NCBI GenBank assembly: GCA_964612455.1
Contig: CAZTCB010000001.1
Coordinates: 43,919 to 107,918, forward strand
Source: an uncultured Subdoligranulum sp.
GTDB taxonomy: Bacteria; Bacillota; Clostridia; Christensenellales; CAG-314
DNA length: 64,000 nt
Direction of reading: 5' to 3'
The position numbers and the translations under genes are program-made. Under the pieces are notes generated by a model. It saw nothing but the letters and a program-made list of their open reading frames with translations. It was not told where the DNA came from and did no database searches. Position 1 is the first letter of the stretch. Every line of letters begins with the position of its first letter. Positions 57,676 to 64,000 of the stretch are shown piece by piece.

Positions 57676-58731
57676 CTATCTATATATGATACTTAATTTT
57701 TGGTAAAAAAGCAACTCATTTTTAAAACTTATTTCTAATTTTGAAAAATTACCGCAGTTTTCCGCTAAACGATACGATATATCCGTTTCTTCCGTACCGT
57801 CCGACCTCAACGGATAGGCAACCGCTCTATCGCAACGATAAAAAATGTTTTTATCGCCGTTCGTTTCTTTAAATACTTTATTTTTAGGCACAATTGTCCT
57901 CAAGTAAAAGTTGTCAAAACCGTACGTTAACAAGGCTTGAGTTTCCTCAAACATAGGTCCGCAATTTAAAACCACACACACGAGTTGCATACCCTGATTG
58001 GTTGCGCTCCCCACGAAACACCTGCCTGCTTTTTTAGTATAACCTGTCTTAACGCCGTCCGCAAACTGATAATTTTTCAACAGTTTATTTTTGTTATACA
58101 AAATCCTAAAATTTCCGTCGTCAATATTTCCGATTTCGGCTTTTTTAGATGATACTATTTCAGATATTGTATCGTTATTTAACGCACAACAGGTTATTTT
58201 TGCCAAATCCTCGGCAGTTGTATAATGCTCTTTAGCGTCAAGCCCATGCGGCGTAACAAAATTACTGTTTAACGCCCCGCACTCCCTTGCCGTTTCGTTC
58301 ATTAACTTGCTGAAATCATCAAGATTTCCCGAAACGTGCAACGCAAGCGCAACCGCACTATCATTGCCGCTACGCAATAATAATCCGTACAACAACTCCT
58401 TAACGGAGAGTTTCTCTCCACGCTTTAAATATATACTGCTACCTTCTATTCCAACCGCTTGTTGAGGTACTATTACCGTTTCATTTACGTCGCAATTTTC
58501 AGCAACAACGAGCGCAGTCAAAATTTTTGTGCAGCTTGCCATTGGCAATTTTGCCGCTTTGTTTTTTTCATACAGTATTCTTTGACTGCTTTTTTCCATC
58601 AAAACAGCTGCCTGCGCCGACGTAAAAGGTGCAATCGATTTTTTATTATTCGTTTTTTCAACAGGCAAAAACCCACTAAAGATAAAAAATGCGGCAATTG
58701 CTAAAATAAAAACGTATATTTTTTTTAGCAT
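57676..58731 (-). CDS. D-alanyl-D-alanine carboxypeptidase (S11, PBP5-like)
   Basis: Signal peptide/TM, then motifs SCTK, SGN and KTGYT. Confidence 0.88.
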   Translation of the reverse strand: MLKKIYVFILAIAAFFIFSGFLPVEKTNNKKSIAPFTSAQAAVLMEKSSQRILYEKNKAAKLPMASCTKILTALVVAENCDVNETVIVPQQAVGIEGSSIYLKRGEKLSVKELLYGLLLRSGNDSAVALALHVSGNLDDFSKLMNETARECGALNSNFVTPHGLDAKEHYTTAEDLAKITCCALNNDTISEIVSSKKAEIGNIDDGNFRILYNKNKLLKNYQFADGVKTGYTKKAGRCFVGSATNQGMQLVCVVLNCGPMFEETQALLTYGFDNFYLRTIVPKNKVFKETNGDKNIFYRCDRAVAYPLRSDGTEETDISYRLAENCGNFSKLEISFKNELLFYQKLSIIYR

Positions 58732-58732
58732 A

Positions 58733-59131
58733 TCAATTTTTTAGTGCCTCTATCAAAGAACCCGCTATATCGGCTACCTTTTGAATAGTGCTTTCACCAT
58801 CAAACTTTACAAGTTTTACTCCGTCTTTATTTGTTATCAAAAAACCGACAGGACTTAACGTTGCGCCTCCGCCGCTACCGCCGGCAAAATTGTTATCGTT
58901 TTTCGACTTTTTAGCGTCATACTCCCCTCCTCCGGCAATAAAAGCGAAAGAAACTTGAGAGATCGGCATTATCGTGCTACCGTCTATGCCGACAAAAGGT
59001 TGACCTACTATCGTATTTGTTTCTGCCGCTTTCTTAATATTAAATATTGCCGACTCTACTATTTGCTCTATCGGATTTTGAGGATAACCTTGTACTTGCA
59101 TCTTTTTCTCCTTTAAAAACGTGCTTAACAA
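58733..59131 (-). CDS. ytfJ: sporulation protein YtfJ (GerW family)
   Basis: ISQVSFAFIAGGGEY...GGSGGGATLSPVGFLI is the YtfJ/GerW signature. The start is possibly at the MQVQGY methionine (59101). Confidence 0.75.
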   Translation of the reverse strand: MLSTFLKEKKMQVQGYPQNPIEQIVESAIFNIKKAAETNTIVGQPFVGIDGSTIMPISQVSFAFIAGGGEYDAKKSKNDNNFAGGSGGGATLSPVGFLITNKDGVKLVKFDGESTIQKVADIAGSLIEALKN

Positions 59132-59666
59132 ACACTTTTAAAAATAAAAATATTGAAGTAAAAAACACCGCCTTGGCAGTTATTGTTGTTTTTTGATCGT
59201 TGACGTTGATTTTTGTTTTTGCACGATTAAAAAGTCTTTTTAATACAGTGCCAAAAACTACGGCTATTCCTAAACCTCCAACCGTCAGATTCGGCTGTTT
59301 AGAAAACTCGTATATATCAACGTCAACGGTCAAGTCGGCATAAATGCATCTAAGCGCTTTTACCGCCCAAAGATTTATCGGTTGCTTAAAATCAAGTTCA
59401 TTAAAACCGATTTCTTTTTCTTTCGGCGCAAAAAATATCAATTTTTGATTTTTTGCATCAACCTTGAGCTTTAATACCTTTACGCAATTAAATAACTTTA
59501 TTTCGCAAACAACGATACCGTTTTTCACGTCAATATCGACAGTCATTTTAAAAACTATCGGTAAAAAAAGTATTACGTCAACTGATATCAACAGCCACAA
59601 AGCAACCACAGCTTCATCCGACATATTGTTAGTTTTTACCGTTTTAAAAAAAATATGCATTGTCAA
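59040..59666 (-). CDS. hypothetical membrane protein, YtfI-like (DUF2953) by position
   Basis: 208 aa with an N-terminal TM helix, immediately upstream of ytfJ as ytfI is in Bacillus. The family assignment rests on synteny and size only. Confidence 0.4.
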   Translation of the reverse strand: MTMHIFFKTVKTNNMSDEAVVALWLLISVDVILFLPIVFKMTVDIDVKNGIVVCEIKLFNCVKVLKLKVDAKNQKLIFFAPKEKEIGFNELDFKQPINLWAVKALRCIYADLTVDVDIYEFSKQPNLTVGGLGIAVVFGTVLKRLFNRAKTKINVNDQKTTITAKAVFFTSIFLFLKVFVKHVFKGEKDASTRLSSKSDRANSRVGNI

Positions 59667-59699
59667 CGCAATACATATTTTTCAACTCTTTTATTCAAT

Positions 59700-60359
59700 T
59701 TAATCCACTACCACCACGTCGGTTTCGTCTTTTAAAAACTCAGGCAAATCGCCTTCTTCGACGTTAAAGTTTTTATCGCGATTGCTGTTGTAAAAATCTC
59801 CTTGCAACGTTTCCGTTTGCCCTATGACCGAAATCTCTTTGATGCGTTCTAACAATTCGTCATAGTTAGGTAATTGCTCCAACCCCATCAAATCAAAGCG
59901 TTTTAAAAACTCGTCCGTAGTGCCAAACAACAACGGCTTGCCAATCGTATCTTTACGACCGACTATTTGTATCATATTTAATTTTGAGAGATTTCCTATG
60001 GCATAAGTGCAATCAACACCGCGCATTTCCTCTATCTCGAGACGCGTCAGAGGTTGTTTGTACGCAATTATCGCCAAAGTTTCCAACATTGCCTTCGTCA
60101 ATTCTTTTTCTCTGATAGGATTTAAAACAAGCGAAACCTCATTTACGTAATCGGAATTTGATGAAAACTGAAGTTTTCCGTTAAACTCGAGGAGCGTAAT
60201 GCCGCAATCTCCCGAGTATTTTGCCTTAAGTACCTCGATTGCTTTATTCAACTCCATTTGGGTTATCGACAGTTTTTCGATTATATCTTTTTCCCCGACT
60301 TCATTGCCCGAAACAAATAAAATAGACTCCACTATATTAACTAACTTCGACGTATTCAA
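59700..60359 (-). CDS. scpB: segregation and condensation protein B
   Basis: IVESILFVSG start and tandem winged-helix pattern (AYKQPLTRLEIEEMRGV). It is coupled to scpA. Confidence 0.92.
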   Translation of the reverse strand: MNTSKLVNIVESILFVSGNEVGEKDIIEKLSITQMELNKAIEVLKAKYSGDCGITLLEFNGKLQFSSNSDYVNEVSLVLNPIREKELTKAMLETLAIIAYKQPLTRLEIEEMRGVDCTYAIGNLSKLNMIQIVGRKDTIGKPLLFGTTDEFLKRFDLMGLEQLPNYDELLERIKEISVIGQTETLQGDFYNSNRDKNFNVEEGDLPEFLKDETDVVVVD

Positions 60360-61236
60360 AATCTATGCCATCTCCTTTACTTTCGTGATTTTTTACTATT
60401 TTTATATCCCCAAACTCTTTATCTTGCACCGTATATAAAAACTGATGTTTTGACAACTCCAACAACGCCGAAAAAGTAACGACGACCTCGCTCCTTGATA
60501 CTGTTTCGCTAAAAAGCTCAAAAAAACTCAATTCATCGTTTTCGTTAAGCTTGGCAACCAAAAAAGCAATCCTGTCTTTTACGGAAAAACTCTCCTTCTT
60601 TATCTCCCTCACGACGTTTTTGTCAAGCTCTCTCATCTCGACTTTGTTAAGTATTGATGCAAAAGCATCGAGAAGGTTTTCTAACGAAAAGTCTTTTAAC
60701 GTATACCTGACTTGCTCGGTTTGCTTGCTCGGCTCTTTAAACAACCTATCCGGGTTTTCAATAGTCTTTAACTCTTCGGCCGCTTCTTTTAAAATCTTGT
60801 ACTCCTCCAGTTGTCTGATAAACAAACGCTTTGGAGAATTGTCGTCATCATACAAATCGTCAAAATACTCCTCTGGAGGCGGCAACATATCGTGTGATTT
60901 TATTTCCGTCAACGTTGCCGCGATATACATGTACTCGCTCGCCTTATCAACGTCGAGTACGTCTATCTGCTCGATATACCTCAAAAATTGATCGGTAATA
61001 TCCGAAATAAAAATATCTTTAATTTCTATTTTAGCCGCATTTACAAGTTGTAAAAGTAAATCCAACGGTCCGGAAAAATTTTTGATATCAATCGATAAAG
61101 CGTCTTTATCGTAAAACTCATCATCGTCCGCCAGCCCTTCCGTATCGCATAGGCTCTCGTTTTCATCGCTACTCGTTACGTCATCAATCTCGTCGTCATC
61201 CACGCCAAAAAACGGTGAATTAAAAAAATCTCTCAT
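60337..61236 (-). CDS. scpA: segregation and condensation protein A (kleisin)
   Basis: FSGPLDLLLQLV motif. The start is placed at MRDFFN (61236), where AGGAGAAAAG sits upstream. The track ORF extends to 61320. Confidence 0.9.
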   Translation of the reverse strand: MRDFFNSPFFGVDDDEIDDVTSSDENESLCDTEGLADDDEFYDKDALSIDIKNFSGPLDLLLQLVNAAKIEIKDIFISDITDQFLRYIEQIDVLDVDKASEYMYIAATLTEIKSHDMLPPPEEYFDDLYDDDNSPKRLFIRQLEEYKILKEAAEELKTIENPDRLFKEPSKQTEQVRYTLKDFSLENLLDAFASILNKVEMRELDKNVVREIKKESFSVKDRIAFLVAKLNENDELSFFELFSETVSRSEVVVTFSALLELSKHQFLYTVQDKEFGDIKIVKNHESKGDGIDFEYVEVS

Positions 61237-61262
61237 CTTTTCTCCTAAAAAATCGTTAATTA

Positions 61263-62021
61263 TTAAGGCGTAGGTAACCCGAACAAACCCCACAAAGACG
61301 ACAATCCCGTCTCTATCCAACCGCCAACGTACTCTATATACAAATTTAGCGGTGACAAATTAATCCCGAAAAACCTATCGGTGATAAACCCAAAAACAAT
61401 CAATGCCAACAGTATCGTACTTCCGTTCTTTCGCAAAAACTCGATTACCCTGTTTCCGCTCGGTAGCAATGCCTCCAGCAACCTAAATCCGTCAAGAGGA
61501 AACAACGGCAGCAGGTTAAAGAGTAAAAAATTGACGTTAAATATAACGGACAAGTATAAAAAATACCTGATGACAAACCACAAATAAAACCAAACGTCAA
61601 AGCCCGACGGCGACGGCAACAACAAAAATAACGCCTGCAACAAACTAAAAAATACGGCAAAAATTGCATTAGTCACCACGCCGGCTATCGACGTTTCTAT
61701 CATTCCTTTTTTATAATTGTTAAAGTTGTACGGATTAACCGGTACTGGTTTTGCCCAGCCGAAACCCACCAAAAACATCATCAGCATCCCAAACGGCTCA
61801 AAATGTTTTAACGGATTTGGCGTCAGTCGTCCTTCATACTTTGCCGTCTTATCTCCGTTGACCAATGCCGCTACACCATGTGCCATCTCATGAAACGACA
61901 ATGCTACTATCAGCGCCAGACAAAAAGCAACGACAAAAAGCAACGCCAACAAGGTAGCTATTTCCGGTGAAGTAAATGATGAATAATAATTGGCTATTTC
62001 TATTGCGTTATATATTATCAT
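61263..62021 (-). CDS. site-2 protease family (M50) membrane metalloprotease
   Basis: HEMAHG (HExxH) in a TM helix and multiple further TM segments. The start is placed at MIIYNA (62021). The upstream part of the track ORF starts at GTG and overlaps the promoter. Confidence 0.8.
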   Translation of the reverse strand: MIIYNAIEIANYYSSFTSPEIATLLALLFVVAFCLALIVALSFHEMAHGVAALVNGDKTAKYEGRLTPNPLKHFEPFGMLMMFLVGFGWAKPVPVNPYNFNNYKKGMIETSIAGVVTNAIFAVFFSLLQALFLLLPSPSGFDVWFYLWFVIRYFLYLSVIFNVNFLLFNLLPLFPLDGFRLLEALLPSGNRVIEFLRKNGSTILLALIVFGFITDRFFGINLSPLNLYIEYVGGWIETGLSSLWGLFGLPTP

Positions 62022-62027
62022 TTTTTC

Positions 62028-62056
62028 ATTATACCTCTTGGCATTTTTTTTTGCAA
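62028..62056 (-). promoter_or_regulatory. promoter of the M50 protease gene (leaderless geometry)
   Basis: Minus strand TTGCAA (62056..62051), 17 nt, TATAAT (62033..62028). The ATG at 62021 is 6 nt after the -10. Confidence 0.5.
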
Positions 62057-62163
62057 GCGTTTTAATGATTACAAAACAAAAATCAATAAAATGCAACACT
62101 TTCGGACAATTGTTAATAAAAACTCACTACAAATATAATTAACTTTTATAATTAACTTTTTAC

Positions 62164-62196
62164 CAAAAAAAACGCCCGTTAAAGGCGTTTTTTTTG
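62164..62196. terminator. bidirectional-type terminator downstream of the pilin-like gene
   Basis: AACGCC-cgttaaa-GGCGTT flanked by A8 and T8. Confidence 0.75.
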
Positions 62197-62215
62197 GTAA
62201 AAGTATGACCGTTGA

Positions 62216-63586
62216 TTATTCGTTTATAAATTTAGCAATAGTTAAAATACTAATACTATTATCGTTTGCCGTCGCACTTAACTCGTCGTTATACTTATCA
62301 TTTCCATTATAATAATCAGTATAACTGCTCTCACTACCGTATTTTACGACGCATGTACCATATGCTGAACCATTCGTACCGTAAACACTTCCATACAACA
62401 CGGTGGCGTAAGCGTCATCGGTAAATATAACATATTTATTCACAAAACTACCTGTGGATAACACAAATTTGGCATTATCAGGGCAACTTGTAAACCACGT
62501 ATCGTCGCAAGTAATATCGCTCTTTTTGTATTGAGTACGTGCTACGTTCCCGTTAACAAGAGTCATTGTGCAGTTTGTCGTCCATTCGGCAAATTTTTTA
62601 TCCAGAGTAACTTTCGATTGATTAAAAATAGTACCGATAGCAAATCCGCATTGCCCCTCCGTTACGTTTATTTTGACGCCGTCTATTTTGCAGCTTTTAA
62701 TGTTAACGGTCGCGTTCTGCACTTGTCCAATCATCCCACCTACTTGATTTTGTCCGTATACCGTACCGCCGCTGATTTCGCAATTCTCTATAACAACATT
62801 ACTGCTTGGACTCACGTGACCGACCAAAATCCCCGTGGCTTCTGTTTCTAGATCACCAGCGGTAGCATCTACTACTTTTATGTTTTTTATCGTTAAGCTA
62901 CAACCCTTCGTTCCTCCAAATAAACCCTGTGAGAAAAGATTGTCGCCGTACAAAGTACCCTTCTTAACCGCCGCCAAACCTTTAATTATTGTTTTGCTCT
63001 CGCTTTTCCCTTCAAGGGTTACGCTGCCACTCGTGATTTCAGGAAAGGCAGCATCTGCTCCCATGAGGTCTATTACGTCGGTATCCAATTTAATGACGAG
63101 ATTGGTTGTTGCTACTTTGCCGTCGTTGATTTGGTTTGCAAGCCAATAAAACTCTTCAGCCGTCTTTACGGTATAAGTAGTCGTCGTTACGTTATTATCA
63201 GTTGACGTGCTTGGCGTAACAGATTTTTCATCTATCACACCGCTTAAAGAGTACCAACCGTTATTTTTAGTCGCATTTAAATCCGTAGGATAAATTACGT
63301 TAAACTCTTTATCGGTGTAAACTATGCGGTTTAAAGTCCTATCCCAAAAGAAGCAGGTATCCGTAGCCAACGGCTTATAATCTTTAGCCGTCATTCCGCC
63401 TTCTTTGAGCGCGGCGTAAACGTCGACTATCGTCTTGTTTCCCGTTACTTCTTCTATTGCGAGATACTTGTTCATCGTGTTTACCGCTTGAGTGTCTGCC
63501 GAAGTGTTGGCTTTCTTGATGATACTGCTAAAGGTCGGGATAAGTACCGCCGCGAGTATCGCGATTACTGCGATGACTACTACCAA
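62216..63586 (-). CDS. large prepilin-type (type IV pilin-like N-terminus) secreted protein; 5' end frameshifted
   Basis: The track ORF starts at a TTG inside the hydrophobic pilin helix (L)VVVIAVIAILAAVLIPTF. The expected leader MEHKGTKKG/FTIIE is encoded from ATG 63627 but is out of frame by one A in the run at 63605..63610. The C-terminal 400 aa are Thr/Gly/Asn-rich with repeated G-x-G/hydrophobic units. Confidence 0.75.
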   Translation of the reverse strand: MVVVIAVIAILAAVLIPTFSSIIKKANTSADTQAVNTMNKYLAIEEVTGNKTIVDVYAALKEGGMTAKDYKPLATDTCFFWDRTLNRIVYTDKEFNVIYPTDLNATKNNGWYSLSGVIDEKSVTPSTSTDNNVTTTTYTVKTAEEFYWLANQINDGKVATTNLVIKLDTDVIDLMGADAAFPEITSGSVTLEGKSESKTIIKGLAAVKKGTLYGDNLFSQGLFGGTKGCSLTIKNIKVVDATAGDLETEATGILVGHVSPSSNVVIENCEISGGTVYGQNQVGGMIGQVQNATVNIKSCKIDGVKINVTEGQCGFAIGTIFNQSKVTLDKKFAEWTTNCTMTLVNGNVARTQYKKSDITCDDTWFTSCPDNAKFVLSTGSFVNKYVIFTDDAYATVLYGSVYGTNGSAYGTCVVKYGSESSYTDYYNGNDKYNDELSATANDNSISILTIAKFINE

Positions 63587-63646
63587 TTCTATGATAGTAA
63601 AGCCTTTTTTGTTCCTTTATGTTCCATAGGGAATTTCTCGTAGATT

Positions 63647-63675
63647 GGCGGTGCGCGAGTAATTGCGACACCGCC
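63647..63675. other. GC-rich hairpin between the recombinase stop and the pilin-like start
   Basis: GGCGGTGCGC-gagtaatt-GCGaCACCGCC, 10 bp with one bulge. It is GC-rich in an otherwise AT-rich intergenic context. Confidence 0.5.
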
Positions 63676-63693
63676 TATCTATGCGTCGAGTTA

Positions 63694-64000
63694 CTATTTC
63701 GCTATAGGTATCACCCCGACGCAGTTATAATAAATCTCTATGGTTTGTTTTTTCTTTCCGTTCTCTTTCGTCGCTTCGTGAACGATAATACGCTCTATAA
63801 ACTCTCTGACGATTTCCGGCGTTAGTTCGTTTATCTCCGTGTACTTTTTGACAAGTTTTAAGAACTTCCGCGTATTTTCGCTTTCGTCTTTTACCGCAGA
63901 CAATTCTTGCCTTAAAGCACTTACTCGTTCCGTTAACGATTTTTGTTCGTTTTCGTATGCTTCCGACATTTTCTTAAAACGTTCTTCCGTTATCGTCCCG
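63694..64000 (-). CDS. large serine recombinase, C-terminal fragment (5' part outside window)
   Basis: The frame is open to the window edge (GTITEERFKKMSEAYENEQK...). A coiled-coil segment is followed by ELTPEIVREFIERIIVHEATKENGKKKQTIEIYYNCVG. That tail is characteristic of Clostridial TndX/TnpX-like recombinases (DUF4368-type C-terminus). Confidence 0.75.
   Translation of the reverse strand, partial: GTITEERFKKMSEAYENEQKSLTERVSALRQELSAVKDESENTRKFLKLVKKYTEINELTPEIVREFIERIIVHEATKENGKKKQTIEIYYNCVGVIPIAK

Noticed and set aside
59040-59131. A 92-nt overlap between the ytfI-like ORF end and the ytfJ ORF start as a possible third frameshift.
   Set aside because: ytfJ has a better internal start (MQVQGY at 59101), which reduces the overlap. 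Neither protein shows a broken conserved motif at the junction, so there is no positive evidence for a lesion.
62134-62159. A tandem 13-bp duplication, ATAATTAACTTTT x2, upstream of the M50 protease promoter region.
   Set aside because: It is short, AT-rich and lies between a terminator and a promoter. This is most simply slippage in low-complexity DNA, and no function can be argued from sequence.

Overview
This 64-kb window comes from a low-GC, endospore-forming Firmicute with Clostridia-like gene order. I cannot name the species from sequence alone. Most of it is tightly packed core genome. The core blocks are ftsK-rimO-pgsA-cinA-recA-rny, a xer-like recombinase with lexA, and the minus-strand run miaB-mutS-mutL-miaA-ynbB. 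They continue with thiI/cysteine desulfurase/mutS2/U32 peptidase, pheST with a Phe T-box leader, and the sporulation block spoIIAA-spoIIAB-sigF-spoVAC-spoVAD-spoVAEb-yunB. The remaining core features are a six-tRNA operon, ispH-S1/plsC/cmk/aroH/surE/rluB/dac/ytfJ/scpAB and an M50 protease.

The one clear accessory island is a complete type II-A CRISPR-Cas9 locus at about 42.76-50.3 kb. It has 17 identical 36-nt repeats, csn2-cas2-cas1-cas9 on the minus strand and a divergent plus-strand tracrRNA. The system type is known, but the locus has several unusual details:
- cas9 is split by a 1-nt frameshift that detaches the RuvC-I motif, and an SD+TTG restart signal sits at the junction.
- The tracrRNA promoter overlaps the cas9 ribosome-binding site, and the best cas9 promoter candidate lies beyond the tracrRNA gene.
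- The array promoter fires from inside a degenerate repeat in the leader.
- A two-spacer block is tandemly duplicated.
- The undegenerated trailer repeat lies 22 bp from the next gene's start codon.

At the right edge, a large prepilin-type protein is also frameshifted in an A-run at its signal peptide. It sits 67 bp from the 3' end of a truncated large serine recombinase gene, which marks a mobile-element junction.

Minor observations are a LexA box with an apparently leaderless xer-like/lexA operon, a leaderless M50 protease gene, a 28-codon ORF coupled to spoVAC, and a membrane-tethered PadR-like regulator. I found no system of a new type. All promoter, RNA and function calls come from reading motifs by eye and need computational or experimental confirmation.
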